DNA from: the human T2T-CHM13v2.0 reference genome, Homo sapiens
Assembly: GCF_009914755.1 (NCBI RefSeq)
Contig: NC_060932.1
Length of the DNA: 64,000 bases
Direction: 5' to 3' (one strand)
Part shown: in pieces, positions 29,901-44,969 of the stretch
Numbering within the stretch: position 1 is the stretch's first letter
How the letters are laid out: every line of letters begins with the position of its first letter
The notes under the pieces: generated by a model
What the model was told of the DNA's origin: nothing
Databases searched by the model: none
What the model saw: the letters and a program-made list of their open reading frames with translations, nothing else
Made by a program: the position numbers and the translations under genes

Positions 29901-32900
29901 AATGCAAATGTCATTAAAATATAAATAGGTGGTCTAAATTATGCAGGCCAGATACTAGGTTTGCTAAATATTTTAAGGTTATAAACTGCTTCTCTGGCTT
30001 TTGAGAACGGTTCAATTTGCCTGCTTCACAATTGGTTAGGCCTGGGCATATGTGGAATTAACCAAACCCTTAACTACGCTGGAAGGAGTCACACTTTACC
30101 ATTGCCTAGTACATAATTAAAATAATTTACCAGATTTTACATTAAAGTTAAAAATTGCTAAGAGTTACCATTATAACATGTAATTGAGACCACTGAAAAT
30201 GGATTTACATGCAAGGTGTGTAAGAATAGTAAAATGTGTTTGTAGTACAAGATTATAAGAAGGCATGGAAAAGTAAATTTTTGGCTAGGGCTAAAGGATT
30301 GTTTTGAATTAGACAAGATAAAGCTAAAACTTTAAACAAGTTATGGAAGGATTGTAAAAATTAATCTTGCAAAAGAAATTCTGTGGTGAACATACTAAAT
30401 TCAAAATGGTATTATGGCTTTTCTGTAAATTGAGCATTGAAATAAAAGCACAATAAGGTTTTTTTTTCTTAAGGCACTAATCTACTCTTTAGCAAAATTT
30501 GTAAAGGGTTATAAAAGGTTTATAAGAATCTTACCTTATGGTCAAACTCGTCAAGATTGGATGCAATGGTCTATAAGGTTTCATTTTAAAAATTGGGTTG
30601 ACATTCATAGTAAACTAATGTAAGCATAAAATTTGGCTTTCTCTCCCTCATACAAGATTTTCATGTAATAGTAAAGGATAATGAAAGATTTCCATTTGCC
30701 TTGCCTATAGGCTGCCAAGAAAAAGAAAAAGAAAAAGAAAACAGGAGACAAATTGTTTGGAAAGCTAAGTCTTCCCTCTTAATGAGTAAAGGTGTTTGCC
30801 TTGTCTTAAAATGTTTGAGTCATCATTTTGGCAAAATAAATAACTTATGGTAATGTGGAATTCTATTTCATAACATCAAGTGTTTTAATCCTCTAACATA
30901 TTTAACAGGCTTTCCAAAATGAAATTTCAGCTTCAAGGTTGTCTTTCCTGACCCCTAGCCTTTGGATGCTACAGAGGGGCCCCTGGAGTATCCAGAAGAG
31001 AGGTAAACAGGATTACCTCATATGTTTAGGTAGATAGGATTGCCAAAATGATGTTTAATCTTCTTCAGGTTATATTTTAGTGAATAATATTAATATATGC
31101 TCCAAAACTATATGGGATCTCTAAAGATTCAAATGTCTGAGTATACACTATCAGTCACAATTAAGGTTGTTAAGTTATTATAAACTACAGAGATAACCAA
31201 ATTTCGTTGTCAATCGTGTTTTTGACTGTAACTACCCTGGACATTTTGTTATTTACAGACAATTGTTGTCTTGTTTTGATCTTCTTCAAAAGATGGTTTA
31301 TAATCAGCTATAGAACTTTGACAGTTGTTCTTAAATGTAGGTTTCTGATAACATTGGAGATTGTGACATTAGAATAAAGAAAAAACATACAGGAACCATG
31401 AAGAACTGAAATTTTTATGAATATCAAGAAGAACAAGAACTAACTGAATGGACTCAACTAATAGAAAATGAAGTAATTCTTTTTAAACTTTTGTTTAAAA
31501 CATTGCTGATCCTTGTTTTGTTTTTCAGAGTCAAGGAAACTTATTTTGAGCTATTTATGACCCTTAATAATTGAGTAAGGTATAATCCTGTGAAAAAAGT
31601 TTGGAGCATATTTGTTTCTCTCTGCCTGGTTTCTCCAGAATTTGAAAACTAGTTGTGAATATTCTTAGCTTATGGCAATATGGTTATTTGCATCAGTGCA
31701 ATAACCATATAAGAACCCATTTTCTTTTGCCACAGGATGCAATTGGAGAAACTGGTTGTTTTACTAAGGCTTTGACTAGAAGGGTATGCTTATCTTTAAG
31801 AAGTCAAGCTCGACTTGCAGAGCCAATAAAAGCCCCTTGGGAAAACTGGCCCCATACCTTCTCTACACAGTCCCTGTACAGGGTTTGTAACCTGTGGTGA
31901 GTAAATAATGTCACTTTCTAACAGGCCCAGGAATCCCATATTCTTGGGACCTCAAGAAGAGAGGAATTCACCCAACTTACAGGTACTTGAGGATACAAAC
32001 CCATGGTTGGGCTTGGCTTTAAAAAGTCCTATCTGAGATTCCTTATGGAACAGAGTTCCATCAAAGCCAATTCAAAAAGCCTATGTAAAAATAATTATTC
32101 TTGCTGCACTTTATGCAAATAATCAGGCCAAATATAAGACTAATGTTTATTTTGCAGACAACTCAGTCCTATCATAGTTTTTTTTTTAACAAAAATGAGG
32201 AGTGGAGAGAAATTATGTGTCAAAACTTATACATTGTCATTAAATTCTAGACACATTAGTTGTTTTTAAGCTATTTTTCCTACATTTTAGACTAACCCTG
32301 CTTATTCCTGTGAACCAACCAGCAATCTCTGACTGCAGCTCAGAAGAAGTAAAAAGGGATAGGTAATGTAAAAATCTGGATCAGCATTCTAGTTCTGTGC
32401 AATTATCCTGCAAATCTTGCCAGGTGATGAGAGTAAATAGAGCGCCCATCACCCAGAGGTTTATTTGTTGGGAAAATAAGACCAAAGGAGTTAACCAAAG
32501 CCAAGCTCCATGCACCCAAATCTTAGCAGGCATAACTATAGTCACCAGTTATCTGGGCACACTGGCAGCCTCGGGATTTTTGAGCTGTCCTTAACCCCCG
32601 TTTTGTTTCATTTTAATACATGTCTTCTAATAAACCTGTTTGTCTCATCTTGCCTTGAGGCCATCAAACTCCAAACGGTCATGCAACCAGAGCCTCAATT
32701 GATGATCCCCCTTTTACCAGGGACCCTTAGATAGGCCTCTGAGGAAGATCTGACTGCCCATTTCCCAAAACAGCGACTCCCCGTCTGCAGGAAGCAGTTA
32801 AGATCAGTCATCATCTTTGTCCTTATTCTAACCGCAGTTAAACGTGCTTCTTTAGAGGGGGAATAATAGAGGCAGGAGACAGCCAAATGCCACCTAGGTC

Positions 32901-33278
32901 ATTGTGCACAGGGGGCTTGCCTAAACATGCCCACAGTGAAAAATTCCACCCCTTAACAGATGCACAGTAAGGGAAATACATTGATGTGGAGTGGCTCAGA
33001 CTAAGGGCTCACCTGTGCACTGGAAGAATGGGTTGGAGCCACATTCATGCCTTATACTGGGGAGGAGCCTGGCCTCTTCAGCTTCTGTGTGGTGCCCTGG
33101 TATTCAATTTGTAAGGTGGAAAATCTGCATGCAGGACCCCTCTTTTTGTTGAGAGGTTTCCTTTTGCTTAATGAATTCCACCCTCCTCACCTTTCAATGT
33201 GTCTGCATGCCTGATTTTTCCTGATCATGGGATGAGAACTCAGATTTTAGCTGAAGAGGAGCAAAAAATCCTGCATCA
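27000..33278 (+). mobile_element. Non-autonomous ERV1 provirus (MER61-type LTR-int-LTR)
   Basis: 5' LTR 27000-27421 and 3' LTR 32864-33278 align. PBS-like TGGCAGCCCGTACAAGGA at 27425-27442, polypurine tract AGAGGGGGAA at 32854-32863, 4 bp TSD ATCC, env tail remnant (SSCLEAIKLQTVMQPEP) near 32640-32700; no long gag/pol ORF. Confidence 0.9.
32913..32932 (+). promoter_or_regulatory. Consensus p53 response element in the 3' LTR
   Basis: GGGCTTGCCT AAACATGCCC is two perfect RRRCWWGYYY half-sites with no spacer; MER61 LTRs are an established source of p53 sites. Confidence 0.8.
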
Positions 33279-33314
33279 ATCCCAGCACTTTGGAAGGCCG
33301 AGCCTGGTGGATCA

Positions 33315-33578
<264 letters not shown>

Positions 33579-35262
33579 TCAGAAGTAGGTGGGATTAAAC
33601 TATTAAGGTGACTTTGAGAGTAGTCTGTGATTTTGACCAATGAGCAACACAATTTTTGGTTTCTGCTTTCTCTTTTGATACATTCTCTTCTAAAGTTAAA
33701 GAAAACAGGTTCCAACTCAAAATTTCGTGGCATCTTTTGAGATAATTTGACCTATTTATCTATTGATTGTAGTGATTTTCTTGTTCATTTGTGTTTATTT
33801 TTAATTGTATAAAATAGTAAGCCTTTCTCATATTTGTAGAAATAATATTTCTTTGTGCAATGTTGGGCATTTCATTTTCATTATGGTATGTACTAAAGAG
33901 AATTTTTCATTTGTGTGTGGAAATATCCACCTGTTTTTAATTTACAGTATTTAATCCTAGAATTCTTGTTTTTTAATGTTGTCTGCAATTTGTAGCTTCA
34001 GTTCATCTGGATATTATTTTGGGGTATTGATGTGATGAGGAGCTAAATTGATTTTTTTTTTTTTTAGAAGCAATGCAGTTGTCTCCCTTGACTAATTTTA
34101 TAAGGTGTGCTGATTTGGCTAAGTTGGTCTCATTCCTCTGATGCTTTATGAAAAGGATTCAGTGGACTCAGCTTCCCCCCTCTTTTAATGGTCTTGCAGT
34201 CTAAAATGATGGTTTCAGCCCCTAGGCAGAGACAGCTGCGGACCTGTTGTCACGGGAAGAAGTGAATGCCCTGATGGTGGTGTGCACTGAATAATGCTTC
34301 AGGGGTTCTACCAGGCAGATTGGCAGGGGCTGGCTTTAAAAACTCAAAATAAATCATCCTGTTATCATCCTTTCACCATCCACAAAGATAAAACTGCCTT
34401 TCTCTTTTTCATGCAAATACCTCCTAGGCTATAAGCTACATCATTTAATTTTTTAAAAGGGTGGATCATTTGTTCTGAGCACTGAATCTTTTCTCGGGGT
34501 GCTGTTAATGATTGCAGCAATGTACATATTTTTAAAATGTCACCTTTGCAAAGTGTCATATTTTCCCCATTTCCTTTCTTTGAATTCCCCTTTTCTACCA
34601 TATTTATCCTGTGAGTAGACAAAGACAAAGGGTTCTGTTGTCTGAAACTGCATCAGGATAGATTTAGGCTAGACACAAAGAATGTTTCCAAAATAAAATA
34701 CACTTGTTTTGGGCACCTTTGCCAGCTGCTGCTCTTACCTTCCTGGACTCATAGCTTAATGCGACAGGCATAAAGACAGGATGCTGAATTCTAGACAAAC
34801 ACATGCAAAGTCAGACAGTAAGTAAAAAAAAAAAAAAAAAAAAAAAAAATTCTAAGGCAGCTTCAGGTTTAGCAAATACCTTAAAGTAGTGGTCCAATCT
34901 GATGCTTAACACGTTTGATTTTGGGAAACTAAAGGGAAGGTAGTGGCCACTTTGGAATGAGAAGAGTCAAAATCAACTGGGGTAGAGGATTGGGGCTACA
35001 GCCTCTCAACTCTATACCCCTTTCCTTTCATAGTAGATACTTAAAAGTAAATCTGTTGTGAATAAAATAGATTTTACATCTGGGTTAAAGGGAGAATAAT
35101 ACCGCTTGTTGTCAAAAATGGGAAGTGAGGAGTAGGAGTTTGAGACAAGGTAATTTCTATTTGTCTGTAATAGTTGAATTCCTGAAAAATTAATAAAGTT
35201 CATGGTCCTGACCCTGGGCTAGTTCATTAACCTCTCTACACTTCAGTGTCCTTATAAATAAA

Positions 35263-35282
35263 ACACACACACACACACACGC

Positions 35283-35329
<47 letters not shown>
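35263..35329. repeat. Compound (CA)n(GA)n microsatellite
   Basis: CA run followed by ~20 GA units. Confidence 0.95.
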
Positions 35330-35332
<3 letters not shown>

Positions 35333-35376
35333 ATTTTATTTCCAGGTTGAAAAACATGGTTAATCTAGGTCCTGAC

Positions 35377-35918
35377 TATAAGAATTAAAGAAAGAGGAAA
35401 CAAACACAAAGGATGGCTTGCCAGTCAAGATGGGCTTATTTTAGAGAAAACAAACCTGAGAGGGGTGTCTGGCAGAGTTAGGTCAGAGAGTTTTTAAGGA
35501 TTCAGGGTAGAGAGTTTATCAGACACTTGGACTGTTTCTGTATCTCTTTGTGGTGCTTATCTGGGAGGGAGAGTTGTGTGTCTGTTCCCATTCATCTTTC
35601 CGCAGCTGCAGGCATATCCCCTGAGTCTGCTTTTAGCTTCCCTATTTCAGTGCACCTGAAGGGAAAGGAATGTGCTTATTAAGGCCCACTGTTTTACTGG
35701 GGCCCATTGTATGAGGGTGAAGTTTGGCAGTTACCCAAAAGACTTTACCCTCACCTCCCTCTGTGCCCAAGCTGTCTTATCTGTGTTTTACTGCCTGCTC
35801 TTTCTGGCTGCTTGTAGTTAGAAGAGAAGTGATTACCTTAAAATACATGATGCTAGAAAGGGAGCTGGAACTTAAAGTGATGGTGTTTGTCCAAGATGAT
35901 GGTGCTCTTGCTCGGTCA
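35377..35918 (-). mobile_element. Solo ERV1 LTR (LTR19-like)
   Basis: Minus strand begins TGACCGAGCAAGAGCACCATCATCTTGGACAAACAC; perfect 5 bp TSD CTGAC at 35372-35376 and 35919-35923. Confidence 0.8.
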
Positions 35919-36116
35919 CTGACTCAACTCAATTTTTGAAATTCTAGGAAAGAAATAGGTGGTTAAGATAATTTGGAGCTAAAATTCTGAACAATGCTAA
36001 TCTGAACAGTGTCAACAGAAACAAAAGGGACTTAGGAGCTTGCTAAGACTTCATTTAAGGGAAAGCATGGAATGGATAGAAATAAATGAAGCCATAGACA
36101 CTTATGGGAAAATAAA

Positions 36117-36120
36117 GCAT

Positions 36121-36163
<43 letters not shown>

Positions 36164-36275
36164 TATATATGTATGTATTGAGACCCATATATGTATATGT
36201 AAGAAAATATAAAGCATACATATATGCATATATATGTATGTATCGAGACCCATATATATATGTGAGAATATATAA
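36117..36275. repeat. (TA)n-rich simple repeat with an internal ~65 bp higher-order duplication
   Basis: TATATGCATATATATGTATGTAT(T/C)GAGACCCATATAT..ATATGT occurs twice. Confidence 0.9.
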
Positions 36276-36299
36276 ATCAACCATTTTAGTTCTTTTTAA

Positions 36300-37700
36300 A
36301 AAAGGAATGAGGTGGAACACACATATGAAGTCTGTGAATACGCACAGTTAACCCTACTCTGATGAAAATGTACATTATATCTGGCATCTAAAAAATCCCT
36401 CTCATGCCCCTTCCTAAAAAATGGACTTATGTCATCACAGTTCATTTGTCTGTACTTGAACTTCATATAAATGAAGTAATTCAATATGTAATCATTTGTA
36501 TCTGTTATCTTTAACTCATTATTATGTCTGTGAAATTACTTCATGTCATGTGTACCAACAGTTCATTCATTCACTTAAAGACAGGGTTGCTATGTTGCCC
36601 AGACTGGCCTCATACTCCTGGTCCTAAGGGATCTTCCCACCTCAGTCTCCTGAGTAGCTGGGACTACAGGCATGCACCACCACACCCAGCAATAATTCAT
36701 TCTTTTAAACTGCTACATAATACTCTGCTGTGTGAGTATACCACAATAGATTTATGCATTCTTTTATTGAAAAGCATTTGGGTTGTTTCCAGGTTTTATC
36801 TACAAACATTATTTTACATGGCTTTTGGTGAACATATGTACTCATTACTTTTGGGTAAATATTTAAGTGAGATTGCCATGTCAGAGTGCAGGATTACATT
36901 TAGTTGTGAAACATACTGTCACATTTTTCAAATTACTTCCCATCTGTAGTATATGAGAATTCCAACTGCCTCCCAAGAATCTTTGCCAACAGTTGTTATT
37001 GTTGGTCTTTTGAATTTGAAGCATTCTAGTGGGTGTGCAGTGGTACCACATTGCAGTTTTTATTTGCATTGTCCTGATGACTAATGATGTTGAGCACTTA
37101 TTAAAAATAGTCATTATAACTGGTCATTTGGTATCCTCTTTTATGAAGAATCCATTCAACACCCAGTTTTGCCCATTTCTAAAATTCACCTATTTGTCTT
37201 TTTCTTATTGATTCATGGGAGTTATTTATATGTTCTGGATACTAATCTTTTGTTGGATCCATATATTGCATATGTCTTGAGTCTAGGACTTGCCTTTTCA
37301 CTCTCTTAATGGGGTCTTTTGATGAACAGAAGTTCTTAGTTTTCATCTAGTCCAATGTATCAATATTTTCTTTTATATTTTTAAAATTTTCCTGTTTAAG
37401 AATTTTTTTCTTCCCAGGGAAAAGAAGGTATTTGTCTATGTTTTCTTCCAAAAGTTTTATTGTTGTATCTTTCCCATTTAGTTCTGTGATCCATTCCAAA
37501 TAAATTTTTGTGTCTTAAATAAACTTTGCGGATAGCATGCAGTCAAGGAGAAGGTTCATTTATTTTTCACCTAGCACCTTTTATCAAGAACACTTTTCTT
37601 TTCCTACTGAATTGCACTGGTGCCTTGGTAATAAATCAGGAGACCATATATATGTGGGTCTATTTCTGTACTCTGTTTTCCACTTTACTTTGTGAGCACA
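36300..37700 (-). mobile_element. Old L1 (L1ME/MC) 3' end and ORF2 end, with a FLAM insertion (~36578-36690)
   Basis: GGGTGTGCAGTGGTACCACATTGCAGTTTTTATTTGCATTGTCCTGATGACTAATGATGTTGAGCAC; the ORF at 36881-37114 resembles the L1 ORF2 C-terminus (CSTSLVIRTMQIKTAMWYH). Confidence 0.85.
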
Positions 37701-38386
37701 AATGAGGATGGATTTAAAGTACTGGATAGTAGTTTCCCAAAATGCTATTTTTAGATTGCGACATGAATTGTTTTGTCTTGATAGAGTTCTTTTGATTCTT
37801 TTCCCTGACTTACTTTCCATCTCTTTATAAGGAAAAAGATAGCAGTGAGCTCCAGAACATGCACTGACAGTGGCAACCCTAGAATTTTTTTCCATCAATT
37901 CTGTTGTATTTTTCTTATACAGTTTAATAATATAAAATTTAATATGTTGCTTAATCCAATACACAGAAAGGGAAGCGAAATTATACAAGTACTAAGAAGA
38001 CTTTATTTTGCATTTTCACAGTTCAAATTCATTTTCTATATTCATGACAGTATATACGAACATCTAGAAATATCCTACAAATGTTTTGAGATCTGAGAGA
38101 AATATCAGATACTGCTATAATCTAGAACTTTAACTTTTCCTATTTTTTAATGCATAAAGAAAAAATTACATCACTTTAATGTTAGCATTCAATTATAGTT
38201 ATGCAATCTCTATTGCAATGACAATATTTAAAATTATCTTTTAATTAGGAGAGTACATTTTTGGCTCCTGCTTGTGAATGAAAACATGAGCTACAAGAAG
38301 AAATATTTATATACACTTTGGCTGTGATTTTTTATGAACTGATTCCATATATTCTTTATAAACTGACAAATAAAAAGAACTCTCCT

Positions 38387-38692
<306 letters not shown>

Positions 38693-39306
38693 GAACTCTC
38701 CTGATTTAATTATTAATCAGTTTCCCTGATGCATCTGGTGTAACTAATATACCTAATTCAATTCTCTACAAGTACTTGGTCACTGAACTCTTAATGTCTT
38801 CTGAAAAGTTCTAATGTCCATCTCAGAATACACCTGGCTCCCATAAGGACAAATACATTAAGCAACAAGTGCAGCTTTAATTGTAAAATTATGGATTTCT
38901 CTTTTCCCTAGACTCACTCTTGCTTCCTTGAAATGTTAGATGAGACCTTATAAGGTTCCACCTAACAAACACTGATAGAGAGCAGCTGAGTAAATGACAT
39001 CTATGTCAATAGTTTAGGCAAAGAAGGTTCTGCTAGGATAAACTGAAAGTAACTGGGCATTGTTCATTAGAAGCCAATTTGGGCTAATTATCACTGTGGA
39101 AAGTCTACGGTTTGTTGCATCCATGACATACGCAAAGTAAAGACCAAAAAGGAACCTCAGTTTTGCCTGAGATCTTTCTGTGAAGATCTTAGTTTTTAAG
39201 ATAAGCCAAATACAGCTAAAGGAGATAGATGTGGAAGAAGTGACAAAGCTAATCACTTTCTCAGTTCAGTTATTTTTGAAGCATGTAAACTACCTCAAGA
39301 AATGTT

Positions 39307-39667
<361 letters not shown>

Positions 39668-39885
39668 TTAAATTTTAAGAAGTAATCCTCACAGTTTAAA
39701 GAACTTCTCTCATTTGGAAAGAAAAAGATAAGTGTGTGCTTTAAGGTTAGTTCTGTAAAATCTTTAATTCCTATGGGGGAGAAAAACCTCTATATTTCAT
39801 ATATGTTGTGTTTTCCTTAACAACTAGTTTTAGAAAAAAGCAAAATTGAACTGTGAAAATAAAAAAGATTGTTCCCAGTGAATGA

Positions 39886-41000
<1,115 letters not shown>

Positions 41001-41749
41001 ACTTTTCATTTTTAAAAGATAAATACAACCTTTATCCCAAAGAAAAACAGAGGGAAGAGAGTAGAAATGCATTTTAGTGCTTTCTTAAATACACAGGTGT
41101 CTTCTGCCATGTCTGAGCAACTTTTTATGGGATTTGGGGATGGGGTGAGATAGGGTGGAGAGCTTACACGCCTTTTTTTTTTTTGTAAAGAAAGATAACA
41201 GCAGTATTGACATCGAAGCCTAGGAAGGCACCCTGCAACTTCTCATCAGTGTTTTGAAAGTATGTGGAAGCTTTTTGAAATCTTTCTAGGAATATATAAA
41301 TATTTCTACAGCACTTTTCAATATGCAAAAATACTTTTACTTAACTTCCTCTCATTGTGAACATCACAGTAAGTTGTGAAGATTATTTCTTATAGATAGG
41401 GAAATTAAAGCTAAAAAACTAAGTTGCATAGGCTAACCAGTAATTTCCTTTAGAATCGGGGTTTCAACCCAGGTCTATAAACCAAAAGTGTTCTGCACCT
41501 TGTCAGAATGTGACATTGTATCATACCTACAATTCTAGGCAGCAAGAGCTGCATAAAACACTGGAATTTTCTGGAGGAAAGTGGTTCTGGAGATGTCTAA
41601 GCTTAAAATATTTACCAAATAAATAATGACGGCTATGTTCGACTCAAGCATTTTTGAGGTTCAACTACTGACACCGATGATATGGACCTACTGATAAGCT
41701 TGGGCGAGGTGCAGTACTGAAGTTTTAATGAGCAGAAAGTAGACTGCAA

Positions 41750-42002
41750 GCCTGGGAGGCGGAGGTAGAAGAATTGCTTTAGCCCAGGAGTTCAAGTCCA
41801 ACCTGGGTAACATAGCAAGACCCTGTCTGTAGTACAAAAAGTAAATTAGTTGGGCGTAGTGGCAAGCACCTGTAGTTACAGCTACTCGGGCGGCTAAGGT
41901 GGGAGAATTGCTTGGGCCGGGGAGGTCGAAGCTGCAGTGACTGCGCCCAGTACACTCCAGCCTGGGTGACAGAGTGAGACCCCATGCCAAAAAAGAAAAA
42001 AA
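41750..42002 (+). mobile_element. 5'-truncated AluJ
   Basis: GGGAGGCGGAGGTAG...GCCCAGGAGTTCAAG...GAGTGAGACCCC followed by an A tail. Confidence 0.88.
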
Positions 42003-44969
42003 TATTTTAAAAAAGCTTGTGAGAAAATATCACACAAAACAACTTCAGTGAAGTGATATTCTAGTCAGCTTCCATTTTGCAATTGTAGGCATTTTGCTTT
42101 GGCCCTTCTAATCAAAATAATTTCACTGTTATGTGAATACAAAGATCATTTTGATGTCAGGCATTATTTAATGAAGATTTTTCCGAACCTCATTCTAATC
42201 ATAAACTTCTAGTGATGTGCCCTGAATTAAAATAATTAGAAATAATATTGCAGTGAGGCACTGAACAGGTATTTCAGTATGTCAAAAGTTGGAATTTTCC
42301 ACATTTATGTTAACAATTTGGGCTATTTCCAATTCCAGGATGGTTTAATAGACAAATGCTAAAGAGAACACACAAACAGAATCAGGCACCCCCTACAGCC
42401 TGAATAACATTAGACGAGTTTTTTTAAAAAAATATCAACAATTATCTAAAGAAACAGTCTAAGAGGTTGTGGATGTGTGGCTAGGATTTTAAAACAATGA
42501 GCAGTCCAACCAAGACAATGTGGACTCGGCTGTAGTCTCAGAGATATAACTAGAATATAATTATTGTAGTCTCAAAAAAGCTAACACCTGAAAAATTGAA
42601 AAACACAGCATGGACCCAACAGGGATGAGAAAGTGACCTAGAGAAGGGTGCTGGGGGAAGGAAGACATGTGTGAGCTACACTGAGAGGGCGCGTCCGCCC
42701 ACATTAGGCTACCACAGCTGGGCCATTAGGTCCCCTGACTACTAATTCTTGTTCCCATTTCCAGCTTTCCAGTCAACGTTTTGATAATTCTGCTTTCCAA
42801 CAAAAAGAATCCATTTATTAGTATATTTTTCTTGGCAACTACATTTTACCGATTATACCAGTATCATACCCCACATGACATGCCCTGCACGTATACAACA
42901 TGGAAAAACTAGTAGTAAATTATAAAATTTTTCAATTTCACAAAAGTTTGAAGATATTTAGAAAACACGCAGTACTGGCATACTTATAAAAGGAAAGAGA
43001 TTTATCTTTCAAGCAAAAAGATGACTATACATGCACACACATGTGCTCTAAATGTGGAGAAACATCTTGACATTCCAGTTATAGTCACAAGCCTCTACTC
43101 ACCTTCCAATCCTCTGAACTAGGGACTGTTGCTAGTTCATGATGTGAGATTTCAACTACCTCAACTGAGCATACTCTTTATTAATAACAGTAAATGGCTG
43201 TTTAATAAAATTAACATTCAATTGTTTGAAAAGCCTCTCTGATGTCTTAGGAGTGCACAATTGCTCATGGTCATCGCTAGTTAACGTGGAGGTCATTTGG
43301 GAAATAACAGGTTTCAGAGTTAGGCAGTGACCTGTCATACTCCCGCTTCACATGGGAGTACCAAGACCAGAGAGGTGAGAGAATTCTCTTAAGGAGTAGC
43401 ATTTTTAAATGCTCTTACTTATGAAGTTATTTAATAAAATACTATTATTTGTAAGGCACTTCAAAATATTTTAAATATGCACAATTGCCTTTAGTTCTAA
43501 TTGTTAATAGGAAGAGCCCTCTAGTAAGATTTCCAGAGTGTGAAATGGCCATTGTCAGCATTTAAGGAGTAAGGAGCCCACTCATGCTTCCCTGTATTCT
43601 TTGATGCTATAGGCTGAACTGGGGGAATATTAATAAAAAATGCATTACTTTTAGAAAGGATCTAATTAAGCATATGGTGGCATGAAAACAGAAAGGAAAA
43701 GGCACAGATTTTTACTGGACAATGGATAGCCTATTTTAAAGGTGACATGTTGACAACTCCAGGAGTCGTGCTTCTCAATCAGGTAGAATGTAGAGATAAA
43801 CTTTTAAGAAATGACTAGGCCAGAAATTGCTGAAAGAATACAGTTATAGTGTATGCTTGTGAAGATAAGCTTCGTACTTTTGGAGAAGTTTAAGAACTCA
43901 TTCTTTAAGAAACTAGGCAATTCATGTTAGAAGCCTGGGCTGGTTAAGGAGCCCACTGGTAGAATTCCAGAGAGATTACAGTTGACACCTAATTAACTCC
44001 TCACTAATACTATGACTATTAGAGGAATTAATTGATGGTACTTCCAGAGCAGTCTAAGAAAAGGGTATTACACCACTGATTTGGAACTAGATTGTCAAAA
44101 GCATCTTTGCTATTAGGTCCCACAAAACTGGAAGAGTTCATTCCAAAGCAAAACATAACATTTGTAAAAATAGCTCTTGAGAGCCTAGTGTTGCAAATTC
44201 TTAAATTGTCAACATTTAAAACTTTAGTGATGGTTTAGTACAGTTAGAGGGATTCTTGTCTCTAGAAGGCCAAAGGGTGACATGGTTAAAATGGTTCACT
44301 AGCACGGTATTTCAATGGGGCATAGATACTGGGTAAAGAGGCAGTCCTATGTGTATTCTTACAGGACATGTACATTATATTACTGCTTTGATTAGAAGAG
44401 TACATGGAGGACTAATCTTGCATTTTGTTATCTCGAGGCTTGCTACTTGTTTCTACTAACATTAGAATTGGTATTGCTATTAAGCTTCATTTTAAGGTGG
44501 GAATGAAACAAGCAGGTGGAGCTCTAACTGGTTTCCAAGTCTGAGACACCTAAGAAATATGTAAACCCAAATAGCTTACAGCTGACTGTTCAGTCTCATT
44601 ACCACTATGTTAAGAATTGTTTGAAATAACTTCCATCTTACCCATAAAAATTATAAACTATACAAAGCATTTTTTTAAAATGGCCAAAGACAGCTTACGT
44701 CCTAAGAGTATGACTAACGTTAAGAGCTATCAATTAGTGGACATTAATAAAGAGTTTTCACAGCTTTCCAGTTTTTACTTCAAAGTAAAATGGATAAATC
44801 TATGAAAATGAGATTTTAAAGTAAACATTACCAAATTTGGTGCCTTTAGGCATCATTAAATCATATGCTTAAAAAAAAACAAACTCCAAGTATACCGATA
44901 AATTTTTATCTAAATCTTAAAGGGCAATAGCTATTTTAGACCTAACTTTAAAAAAAATGTGATTTTAAA

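Noticed and set aside
34824-34848. Isolated poly-A tract as a processed pseudogene tail
   Set aside because: No upstream coding homology, no clear AATAAA and no TSD identified.
41625-41700. tRNA-like GTTCGACTC and C/D-box-like ATGAT...CTGA motifs
   Set aside because: No cloverleaf or acceptor stem and no convincing terminal stem or box spacing.
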